From an uncultured Gammaproteobacteria bacterium (GTDB lineage Bacteria; Cyanobacteriota; Vampirovibrionia; LMEP-6097), in assembly GCA_964551135.1 (NCBI GenBank), contig CAZKAT010000001.1:148224-212223 (forward strand): a stretch of DNA of 64,000 nt, in the 5' to 3' direction. The notes below the pieces were generated by a model, which saw only the letters and a program-made list of their open reading frames with translations, searched no databases and was not told where the DNA came from. Made by a program: the position numbers and the translations under genes. Shown piece after piece: positions 48,497 through 57,233 of this stretch (position 1 is its first letter; each line of letters starts with the position of its first letter).

Positions 48497-49410
48497 TGTT
48501 ATACTATGTTAAATCTGTGCCTAGTACCAAACCTAATCCTTTTAAAATAGACAGAGGAGCGCTTCCTAAGCTTCCAAAGTGGTTGCGTAATCACAAACCT
48601 AAATATCATTTTAATGAACTGATTAAAAAAATGCCACTTGATGGCATGACTACTGTTTGTCAGGAAGCTAAATGTCCGAATCGTGGTGAGTGCATTTCAC
48701 GTGGCATTGTTACGGTGATGATTTTGGGATCTCAGTGTACTCGTGCTTGCACTTTCTGTGCAGTGGGTAGAGATGAGCCAGCTCCTGTAGATACTGAAGA
48801 GCCGCAGAAGATGCTCGATATGGTTAATTATATGGGTGCTAAATATGTGGTAGTTACCTCTCCTACTCGTGATGATTTATTCGATGGTGGCGCAGCGCAT
48901 TTTAGGCAGGTGACTGAGTTTGTGCGTGAGCGCAGACCTGATGTTAAGCTCGAACTTTTAATACCAGATTTTCAGAATCAGGATTTTGCTTTCGATGAGA
49001 TCATTGCAGCACAGCCAGATATGCTTTGTTTTGATATTCAGACTGTGCGTTCATGCTATCACTATGTGCGTCCAGGATTTAGTTATGATAAGGGCTTGAG
49101 TTTGTTTAGATATTTTAGAGATCATTCTGATCTTAAACTTAAGACGGGTATCATGGTTGGTTTGGGTGAGACTCAAGCAGAGATGCTGGAATTATTTCAG
49201 GACCTCTATGACTCTGGTGTGCGCTATGTCACTGTAGGACAGTATTTGCAGCCTCCAGGTATGCAGCTACCAGTGCTTGAATATGTAGTGCCTGAAGTTT
49301 ATGAATTCTATACTAAAGAAGCAGAGAAGATTGGTCTATGGATCCAAGCAGGACCTTTGGTGAGAAGTAGCTATATGGCAGATAGATTGGCGATTCAAGG
49401 AGAAGAGTAA
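48496..49410 (+). CDS. lipA: Lipoyl synthase
   Basis: CQEAKCPNRGEC, CTRACTFC, GQYLQP, RSSY; start uncertain. Confidence 0.93.
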   Translation: MLYYVKSVPSTKPNPFKIDRGALPKLPKWLRNHKPKYHFNELIKKMPLDGMTTVCQEAKCPNRGECISRGIVTVMILGSQCTRACTFCAVGRDEPAPVDTEEPQKMLDMVNYMGAKYVVVTSPTRDDLFDGGAAHFRQVTEFVRERRPDVKLELLIPDFQNQDFAFDEIIAAQPDMLCFDIQTVRSCYHYVRPGFSYDKGLSLFRYFRDHSDLKLKTGIMVGLGETQAEMLELFQDLYDSGVRYVTVGQYLQPPGMQLPVLEYVVPEVYEFYTKEAEKIGLWIQAGPLVRSSYMADRLAIQGEE

Positions 49411-50069
49411 TGCTTGTCAAAGATTCCGTGCAATGTGATGCAGAACACATGGTGCGTGATACAACACTCTTTCAGGAATTTGATTTAAGTTCAGAAAGCA
49501 AACCGATATTTTTTTTCTATACTTGGAATGCTCCAGCACTTACTATTGGTAAAATTCAAAGAAATAGAGAGCAGCTTATTAAAGAAGCAGAAGCTTTGGG
49601 ACTGCCTTGCTATTTGCGTCCTACGGGAGGACGTGCTGTACTTCATGGTGGTGATATTTGTTACACCTTTATTGGTGCTCAAAGTGATACAGAGTTTGGT
49701 GGTAAATTACAAGAGTCGTTTCGTAAAGTAAATGAGATGGTGATAAGTTTGGTAAATGAAATTTTTAATCTTGAAATTGAAGCATCAGCGCTCAATACAA
49801 ATGAGTTAGCTAATGCTTTGAAAATATTTAATTGTTTTTCTACTCATGTTTCTAATGAGGGTCTTTTTCATGGACATAAGATTGTTGGTGCTGCGCAAGC
49901 GATGGGCTCTAGAAGTTTTATTCAGCAAGGTTCTATTCAGCTAAATAAAGTTGATGTTGATTTGAAATATTTTCAGTCTTATAAAACCTTAGGTGAACTT
50001 ATCCAAGAAAAATATATTCTTAGTGAATTATCTAGTATTTTAAATGAAAGGCAATCTAATATTATCTAA
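49410..50069 (+). CDS. Lipoate-protein ligase family protein, LipM-like octanoyltransferase
   Basis: YTW..PALTIG, RPTGGRAVLH, CF, KIVGAAQ, QQGSI; no C-terminal LplA domain. Confidence 0.8.
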   Translation: MLVKDSVQCDAEHMVRDTTLFQEFDLSSESKPIFFFYTWNAPALTIGKIQRNREQLIKEAEALGLPCYLRPTGGRAVLHGGDICYTFIGAQSDTEFGGKLQESFRKVNEMVISLVNEIFNLEIEASALNTNELANALKIFNCFSTHVSNEGLFHGHKIVGAAQAMGSRSFIQQGSIQLNKVDVDLKYFQSYKTLGELIQEKYILSELSSILNERQSNII

Positions 50070-50131
50070 CAATCTCATGCTAATTAGATAATATTAGCCC
50101 AAAAACCCTTCTGCTACAAAGAGAATTTCAT

Positions 50132-50164
50132 ATATGTATTACGCCCTTCGGGCATAATACATAT
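50132..50164. repeat. GCCCTTCGGGC hairpin, copy 2
   Basis: ATATGTATTA-C-GCCC-TTC-GGGC-A-TAATACATAT. Confidence 0.6.
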
Positions 50165-50236
50165 TCAAACTTAATAGTTAAGCTTAAATAAAAATGATAT
50201 TATCCTCGAAGTGTAACACGTATTAAGGAGGCTTAA

Positions 50237-51325
50237 TTGCAAACTGCTCTAGTTCAAGCAGTACCGGTGCATAATATGGATTCTCAATCTAGGCCCCCAT
50301 TGCTGCCTAGTATTAATTTTCCACGTTTGGAAAATTCTAGTTCTGAGCCTCAGAATATTATTCCAGAAACTAATCATATTAATTTTCATAAACCTGACGA
50401 ATCTCTTAAAAATGAGTCTGGCTTTCTTAAATCAATAACAGAAAATATTTGGATTAAGAGTCACATTCCTGAAGCTGTTAATGTTCTATCTATTGTTAGT
50501 AATGGAACTGCAGCAGCAGCTAATATGTTTGGCTTCTCTAATTCTGTAAAAGATTTTGCTAATAGTTTTGGGAAGGTTGGAGCTAAGATTTTTCTTATTA
50601 TTAATGGTGCAATTAATGCTATTGAATATTTTAGTAAGGGTAACTTTCTCGGTGCATTAGGACATTTCAATGACATCATTGTTGGTTCTACTGTACCTCA
50701 TGATCACATTTATCTGGATAGAGGAACGGCTTCAGGTACTTATACTCTAGCTAACTCATTAGCCATCATTAATAATAAGGATAAATTCAGTTCATTCTCT
50801 GACCATTTACAACATATTGCAGATGGTTTTAAGAAGAGTTATAACAACTTCTTTAGCAAGGACTTTTTAAAAAACCTTGCTAATGCTAACAATGCTATGT
50901 TTGGTGTCGCGTCAGGTATATTTTGTAACCTTGGTGTACTTACTTGGTTCCTGACTGGTAACGAGAAATTAGGTACTGTTATAAGAGACTTTGGTGGAAT
51001 TTTAATGGATATAGAACAAGCCCATCCAGGACACTTGCAGATGGGACGCAAATATTATTTCATGTCAGGACTGGGTTTACTCGGTGGTACTGTTTCAGAT
51101 TTCTTAGCGAAGATGCTTCCTTATTATAAGAAAGCATTTGTGCCTTTAAGTCTCTGTATTGATGGTATTGGTAGATATTTACTTAGAATTTCTCATAACA
51201 GAAATGAGCTGCCATCTAAAGAAAACCGTACTGAAACTCCTAAACCAGAAATTAGATTGGCTAGTAATATGAATCTCCCAAGCTCAAGATCTCAAGCTGC
51301 AGCTTTAGCTACTCAGGTAGCTTAA
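50237..51325 (+). CDS. Hypothetical membrane protein, paralog of 8273-9373
   Basis: AAGGAGG SD and TTG start; disordered N-terminus; collinear shared motifs. Confidence 0.7.
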   Translation: MQTALVQAVPVHNMDSQSRPPLLPSINFPRLENSSSEPQNIIPETNHINFHKPDESLKNESGFLKSITENIWIKSHIPEAVNVLSIVSNGTAAAANMFGFSNSVKDFANSFGKVGAKIFLIINGAINAIEYFSKGNFLGALGHFNDIIVGSTVPHDHIYLDRGTASGTYTLANSLAIINNKDKFSSFSDHLQHIADGFKKSYNNFFSKDFLKNLANANNAMFGVASGIFCNLGVLTWFLTGNEKLGTVIRDFGGILMDIEQAHPGHLQMGRKYYFMSGLGLLGGTVSDFLAKMLPYYKKAFVPLSLCIDGIGRYLLRISHNRNELPSKENRTETPKPEIRLASNMNLPSSRSQAAALATQVA

Positions 51326-51342
51326 TAGTTATAATTAGCCAT

Positions 51343-52647
51343 GTGCTTAAGTTGGATGATAAACCCATAATTATTATTGGCGGCGGCCCTGGTGGTTACT
51401 CCGCTGCCTTAGAAATCAGAAAAAGATTTTTAGAACAAAAAATTATTCTTATAGAAAAAAACAAACTTGGCGGTGCTTGCTTGCATGTTGGTTGCATCCC
51501 AAGTAAACAATTACACTCTATAGAAAATCTAGAAGATTTCTCTAAATTAATCACTAAGAATAAAATGATCTTAGAGAAAGGGATTGCAAGTGAGTTGAAA
51601 GCAGCAAATATAGAACTTATATTTGATGAAGCGATCCTACCTGCAAAGTCCCATCTGCTGCGTTATGCGAGCCCCTCGCCATCCTCATTGACGACTCAGT
51701 CAACTCCGGTGTCTCGGGACTCGCAAGCCTTGCATCTGGGAGCTTTTCAGGCAGGATCAGAATTAGAAGGAGATAAGATTATACTTAGTAATGGTACTGA
51801 GTTAGAGTATTGTCATTTGGTAATAGCTACTGGCTCTAAACCCCGCACTCTGAAAGAGTTTCCGCAAGCTTTAACTAGTGATAGCTTTTTCTCTGATGAG
51901 AATTTAACTAAAGGATTTGCTGATAAGTATTGTTTCATTGGTGGCGGTTATATTGGTATAGAACTAGCATCTATGCTTGTGCAGCATGGCAAGCAAGTGC
52001 GAATTATAGAAGTCCAGGATAATATATTATCCTTTTTGGATAAGGACATTCATTCCAAACTTTTACAATCACTTAAATCTCAAAAAATAAAAATTGAAAC
52101 TGGTGTGAAAGATTTAAGTAGCATCATCTTAGAAGAAGGCGAAGAAGTTTTTGTTTCTGTAGGACGTGAACCTATTACTACAGCCACCCAGCCACCCAGC
52201 CACTCAGTCACTTATATTGGTGATGCCTCACAAGGAATAGCTCTTGCTCATTATGCCTATGCGCAGGCAAAACAGCTTGCTGCTAAGCTTGCTGGTGAAG
52301 AATATGTAATTGATAAAACCAAAGTGCCTCTGGTAATTTTTACTCATCCAGAACTTGCGACTATTGGTTTAACTGAAGCGCAGGCAAGAGAGAAATATGG
52401 TGATGCTATCGAAACTAAAATTATTAACTGGGCTAGCAATGGTAAAGCGCGTGTCTCTGGTGCTGATCGGGGTATGACTAAATGGGTTATTTATAACGAT
52501 AAAGTTATAGGCTGTCATGTTATTGGTGAACATGCTACTGATTTGATCTCTATTGTGGTTCCGATTATTAATATGAATCCTTCTATTAGTAAAATGCAAA
52601 CCTGGATATATCCACATCCGACCCTAGGTGAGGTTTTTGCGTTATAA
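51343..52647 (+). CDS. lpdA: Compact dihydrolipoamide dehydrogenase carrying two repeat-derived segments
   Basis: GGGPGGY, GGACLHVGCIPSK, ATGSKP, GGGYIG.E, HPTLGE. Confidence 0.88.
   Translation: MLKLDDKPIIIIGGGPGGYSAALEIRKRFLEQKIILIEKNKLGGACLHVGCIPSKQLHSIENLEDFSKLITKNKMILEKGIASELKAANIELIFDEAILPAKSHLLRYASPSPSSLTTQSTPVSRDSQALHLGAFQAGSELEGDKIILSNGTELEYCHLVIATGSKPRTLKEFPQALTSDSFFSDENLTKGFADKYCFIGGGYIGIELASMLVQHGKQVRIIEVQDNILSFLDKDIHSKLLQSLKSQKIKIETGVKDLSSIILEEGEEVFVSVGREPITTATQPPSHSVTYIGDASQGIALAHYAYAQAKQLAAKLAGEEYVIDKTKVPLVIFTHPELATIGLTEAQAREKYGDAIETKIINWASNGKARVSGADRGMTKWVIYNDKVIGCHVIGEHATDLISIVVPIINMNPSISKMQTWIYPHPTLGEVFAL
51633..51758. mobile_element. 126-bp palindromic element inserted in frame in lpdA
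   Basis: Imperfect terminal IRs GATCCTACCTGCAAAG/CTTTTCAGGCAGGATC; removing it restores FDEAELEGDK. Confidence 0.85.
52181..52212 (+). repeat. Four octamers (CAGCCACC x2, CAGCCACT, CAGTCACT) inside lpdA
   Basis: Same unit as the arms at 32.8 and 46.8 kb; read as TATQPPSHSVT. Confidence 0.75.
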
Positions 52648-52655
52648 TAAGCTTA

Positions 52656-53765
52656 ATGCCTGATCTTAAACAACCTATCTCTCATAGTTTCAACCTCGCT
52701 AATAATGCACGATTTGCAGATTTTGGTGGTTGGCAAATGCCGACGTTTTATTCAAGTATTACTGAAGAGCATACAGCTTGTCGTCAGCATATAGGTTTAT
52801 TTGATGTGTCGCATATGGGGCGTTGGTGGGTAACAGGTCCTAATGCACAATTGTTTTTGAATCATATTATTACCAATGATCTTTCTGCTTTAGCTACTGG
52901 ACGAGGTCTATATGCTGCGATGCTTAATGAACATGGTGGGATTATTGATGACTTGATAATTTATAAAATTAGTTCTGAGAAGTTTCTATTAGTGGATAAT
53001 GCAGGTAACCATGCTACTGATAGTGTTTGGTATCGTAAACAAGCTTCTAAGTTTGATGTAACATTGGAGGATATTACTTCTAGTTGGGGACAAATTGCAA
53101 TTCAGGGACCGGATGCTAAAGCTGCTACTGAAAAGCTTCTGGGAATTGAAACTACAATTAAATATTTTAGTTTCCAAGAAGTTCAGTATAAAGGACAAGG
53201 TCTAGTCATAGCTGCTACAGGTTATACTGGTGAGCAAGGTTATGAGTTGTATGGACCACCATCTTTATTGATGCAAATTTGGCAGCAACTTATCGATACA
53301 GAAAACGCTAAGCCTTGTGGTTTAGGTTCTAGAGATCTATTAAGACTTGAGGCTGGTTACTGCTTACATGGTAATGATATAAATCAAGAAACTACGCCTT
53401 ATGAAGCTGGTTTAGATTGGGTTACTAAATTAGAGAATCATGATTTTATTGGTAAAGCAAATGTCACAAGAAAGAATAAAAAATTAGTTGGATTAGCATT
53501 TCCTATAGGAGAGAAGCTTATTCCTAGATCACATACTATTGTTATAGATATAAATGGTAAGCCTATTGGTGAAATCACAAGTGGTAATTTCTCGCAAATG
53601 CTTAACAGAGCTATTGCTCTTGCTTATATTGATCCTAGTTATACTCAAGATTCAGCTAATATAGAAATACGCGGAAAAAAAGCCTTTGCAATCATTGGTG
53701 AAGCTTGGTTCTATAGAAATATCAGAGCTAAGGAAGTCCAAGAATTTAAAATTAAAGTAGCATAG
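52656..53765 (+). CDS. gcvT: Glycine cleavage T protein
   Basis: FGGWQMP, LFDVSHMG, TGYTGEQGYE, GLGSRDLLRLEAG..LHG. Confidence 0.94.
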   Translation: MPDLKQPISHSFNLANNARFADFGGWQMPTFYSSITEEHTACRQHIGLFDVSHMGRWWVTGPNAQLFLNHIITNDLSALATGRGLYAAMLNEHGGIIDDLIIYKISSEKFLLVDNAGNHATDSVWYRKQASKFDVTLEDITSSWGQIAIQGPDAKAATEKLLGIETTIKYFSFQEVQYKGQGLVIAATGYTGEQGYELYGPPSLLMQIWQQLIDTENAKPCGLGSRDLLRLEAGYCLHGNDINQETTPYEAGLDWVTKLENHDFIGKANVTRKNKKLVGLAFPIGEKLIPRSHTIVIDINGKPIGEITSGNFSQMLNRAIALAYIDPSYTQDSANIEIRGKKAFAIIGEAWFYRNIRAKEVQEFKIKVA

Positions 53766-53884
53766 GTCTTTTTGATTGGTTTATGTTGAAAATGACGCGG
53801 ACGCGTGCGACGTCAAGGTGCGTTATTAAGATAATTTAAATATTATCTAATTTTCATATTTTATTATTAAAAATCATCTCGTTT

Positions 53885-54268
53885 ATGATTAAAATAGCTT
53901 TTATGGTTCAGTATTTTAAAACACACGAATGGATAGAAGATATCGGTGGCGGTAAATTTCATATGGGCATCAGCAAGTATGCTTGCGATCAACTTGGTGA
54001 CATAGTTTTTATCGAAGAGAAAGATGCTGGTGAACTTTTTGATGAAGGTGATTCACTTGCCATACTTGAATCAGTGAAAGCTGTTGGTGATGTCTATGCA
54101 CCGTTTAAGGCTAAGCTTATACGCACTAATCCTGATCTAGTAAGTAGACCAGAAGACCTTCAGTCAGATACTTGGATAGTAGAGATTAAGTCTATCGATG
54201 GTATTAACTTTGACGATATGGATACTCTCAACTCTAGTGAGTATGATGATTTTATAGCGACGCTGTAA
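53885..54268 (+). CDS. gcvH: Glycine cleavage H protein
   Basis: THEW, GIS.YA.DQLGDIVF, lipoyl site ESVKA. Confidence 0.92.
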   Translation: MIKIAFMVQYFKTHEWIEDIGGGKFHMGISKYACDQLGDIVFIEEKDAGELFDEGDSLAILESVKAVGDVYAPFKAKLIRTNPDLVSRPEDLQSDTWIVEIKSIDGINFDDMDTLNSSEYDDFIATL

Positions 54269-54281
54269 TGTCTTACTAAAA

Positions 54282-57104
54282 TTAATTATTCGAAGCCTGA
54301 GTGCTAGCTTCATAACAAGCCCTAGTCATGCAATCACTGAGCATAGGTTCTTTCACTGCTTTCACATCGTCGAAGCGAGAGAACTTAGTTGTATGTGGAG
54401 CCGTTTTAAGTAAGGCTCTAGTATCCTCGTTCAATGCTTCCTCTATGATCTCCTCAAAAGCCACAACCAAAGCATCTAAGCTTGATTTAGGCTCAGTCTC
54501 AGTTGGCTCTATCATAATAGTCTCAGCTACTGTTAACGGAAAGTAGATAGTAGGAGCATGAATGCCTTTGTCTAAGAGTCTCTTAGCAACATCAAGAGCA
54601 GTGATGCCATATTTCTCTTTAAGTCTATAAGCAGAAATTATGAACTCATGCTTGCAGACGCGATTGAACTTAGGTTGGAAAATTCCATCCTGAGACAGTA
54701 CTTTACTATTCTTTACTTTAGCTTGAATGTAATTAGCATTCAGCGTAGCAGTTTCGCCTATGCGTCTGATACCCTCTCTGCCATTACGTTTGATATAAGT
54801 TAATGCTCTAAGCAGAACATTGAAATTACCATGGAAGGATCTTACTCTGCCAATACTATTAGTGGAACTATAATCCCAATATAAATCTCCTTCTGCATCA
54901 CGTTTAAGATCAGCTCCAGGTAAATATGCTGCAAGTGCCTTAGTTGCTCCAATAGGACCAGCTCCTGGACCACCACCACCATGAGGTGTAGAGAAAGTCT
55001 TGTGTAGGTTTAAGTGTACTAGATCAAATCCCATATCACCTGGACGGCAGACACCGACAATAGCATTAAGGTTTGCACCATCATAATACATAAGTCCGCC
55101 ATCTTCATGTACTAGCTTAGACACTTCGATGATGTTTTGGCTAAATAAGCCTAAGGTACTAGGATTAGTCAGCATAAACACTGCAATTCTGCCTTGATTC
55201 TTAGAAATGATTTTTTTAAGATCTTCCATATCTACGTCACCTTCTGCAGTAGACTTAACAGTAATAATCTTAAATCCTGCCATAGATGCAGAAGCTGGAT
55301 TAGTACCATGCGCTGAATCTGGCACTAAGACTAGGTCGCGAGGCTCTTTACGATCAGCGAAATATTTCTTTGCCATTAATAGAGCTGAGTATTCACCATG
55401 AGCACCAGCTGAAGGCTGAAGACTAAATTTATGGAAACCAGTGATTTCACAAAGAGCTTGATTAAGTTCTGTAAATACTTCAAGAGCTCCTTGGATATCC
55501 TTGTCATTATCATAAGGATGTAAAGAAGTCCATTCAGGCTTACTTGCGATTTCATCATTGATCTTAGGATTGTACTTCATAGTACAAGAACCCAGAGGGT
55601 AGAAATGAGTATCTATGGAGAAATTCTTCTGTGATAATTGCGTGAAATAGCGACAGACAGTGAGCTCTCCTTGGTCTGCAATATTGATCTCAGGTAATTT
55701 AGAAGCATTAAACTCAGCAGTTAATTTAGAGATTTGTGCTTCAGTGATTTGCGGTGCACGCAGTTCTTGTCCATATTCGGAAAGTATTGCAGTGACATCA
55801 TTTAAGAACGAATTTAGTTCGCCAATAGAATGAGTCTCTGACACAGCAAATAAATAAAGCTTCTTGCTGAAGTCAAGTGAGAATAAATTAGCGTTGTTTT
55901 TAAGAATGTTATTAACACTAACAGCATAACGCTTAAACAAGTCATTAAGTGGACTGTCAATTGCAATCGCTACGCAGAACTCATTGAAAGGATTCTCAGT
56001 ACGTATTTCTATTCCAGGGAATACAGAAAGTTCTTTCTTGAACGCTTGTGTCTTAGCCCATATATCTGCAGCTATCTTTCTTAAACCAGTCTTGCCCATT
56101 TGTGTTAGATAGATAGACGTGCAAAGTGCATGTAGCGATTGATTGGTGCAAATATTAGAACTAGCTCTCTCACGCTTAATATGCTGCTCGCGTGCTTGGA
56201 AAGTTAATACATAGCCTTCTTGTCCTTTACGATCAGTAGTCTTACCAATGATACGACCTGGCATTTGTCTAACATAATCTTGCTTGCAGGAGATGAACCC
56301 TACTTGCGCGCCACCGTAATGAACAGGATTACCGAAACTCTGCATTGAACCACAAACTATTTGTGCTCCAAGCTCACTCGCTTTGATTTCTTTGATCATT
56401 GAATAAGCCTCAGGCACCACTACTATCAAGAATAAATTATGATCATCCACCGTCTTACGTAAAATAGTTGCAGCATCATTAGTAATAGCTTCTCCATAGA
56501 AATTAGGATTAGCGATTACTATTGTCGAGCCGTCAGGAATATCAGTCAGAGACTCATAATAATGGTATTTGATATCTAATGGATCTAAGAAATTTTTAGC
56601 GACGCTAATATATTCAGGATGAATATATTTAGAAACATAAATCTCACGCTTCTTGTCTATGCGCCAAGACATGGTAATTGCTTCTGCAAATGCCGTCGCT
56701 CCATCATACATAGAAGCATTGGCTAGATCCATGCCAGTTAACTCTGCAGTATAACTTTGGAATTTATAAATAGCTTCTAGAGTGCCTTGAGAGACCTCTG
56801 GTTGGTAAGGAGTATAAGAAGTAAGAAATTCACCGCGATTAGCTATAGCCTTGACTAATGCAGGTACGTGATGCTGATAACAGCCAGCTCCTCTGAAGTT
56901 AATGCCACTATTAGAATTGTTCTTAGCTGCAAGCTTATTAAAATATTTATGCAAGTCCCACTCGCTGTAGCCAGTCTCAAGATTTAACTCGCGCTTAAGA
57001 AGCAAATTCTCTGGTATATCGATAAATAACTGATCAACAGAGTTAATTCCGATCTCTTTCAGCATTCCTTGGCGTTCTATATCATTAATTCCGATGTAAG
57101 GCAT
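54282..57104 (-). CDS. gcvP: Glycine decarboxylase, fused GcvPA+GcvPB type; start probably ATG 57104
   Basis: YTPYQPEVSQG, REQHIKRERASSNICTN, FYPLGSCTMKYNPK, PLP site NLHKTFSTPHGGGGPG. Confidence 0.93.
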   Translation of the reverse strand: MPYIGINDIERQGMLKEIGINSVDQLFIDIPENLLLKRELNLETGYSEWDLHKYFNKLAAKNNSNSGINFRGAGCYQHHVPALVKAIANRGEFLTSYTPYQPEVSQGTLEAIYKFQSYTAELTGMDLANASMYDGATAFAEAITMSWRIDKKREIYVSKYIHPEYISVAKNFLDPLDIKYHYYESLTDIPDGSTIVIANPNFYGEAITNDAATILRKTVDDHNLFLIVVVPEAYSMIKEIKASELGAQIVCGSMQSFGNPVHYGGAQVGFISCKQDYVRQMPGRIIGKTTDRKGQEGYVLTFQAREQHIKRERASSNICTNQSLHALCTSIYLTQMGKTGLRKIAADIWAKTQAFKKELSVFPGIEIRTENPFNEFCVAIAIDSPLNDLFKRYAVSVNNILKNNANLFSLDFSKKLYLFAVSETHSIGELNSFLNDVTAILSEYGQELRAPQITEAQISKLTAEFNASKLPEINIADQGELTVCRYFTQLSQKNFSIDTHFYPLGSCTMKYNPKINDEIASKPEWTSLHPYDNDKDIQGALEVFTELNQALCEITGFHKFSLQPSAGAHGEYSALLMAKKYFADRKEPRDLVLVPDSAHGTNPASASMAGFKIITVKSTAEGDVDMEDLKKIISKNQGRIAVFMLTNPSTLGLFSQNIIEVSKLVHEDGGLMYYDGANLNAIVGVCRPGDMGFDLVHLNLHKTFSTPHGGGGPGAGPIGATKALAAYLPGADLKRDAEGDLYWDYSSTNSIGRVRSFHGNFNVLLRALTYIKRNGREGIRRIGETATLNANYIQAKVKNSKVLSQDGIFQPKFNRVCKHEFIISAYRLKEKYGITALDVAKRLLDKGIHAPTIYFPLTVAETIMIEPTETEPKSSLDALVVAFEEIIEEALNEDTRALLKTAPHTTKFSRFDDVKAVKEPMLSDCMTRACYEASTQASNN

Positions 57105-57233
57105 AGTAATAATAATTTTAGCAATAAAATCAACCATTTAGCGGAAACTATCTTAAGCGATTCTTAATCTAAATCAATGCACTATAAGGTTTAGCTAGTT
57201 ATTGCCGATATAGTTCTTTAGGCTGATTCTTAA

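Noticed and set aside
51633-51758. GATC target-site duplication for the lpdA insert
   Set aside because: Removing the element plus one GATC (122 nt) breaks the frame; GATC is better read as part of the inverted ends
53766-53884. Glycine riboswitch in the gcv cluster
   Set aside because: No GGAGA/CCGAAG/CUCUCAGG motifs; gcvT follows lpdA after only 8 nt
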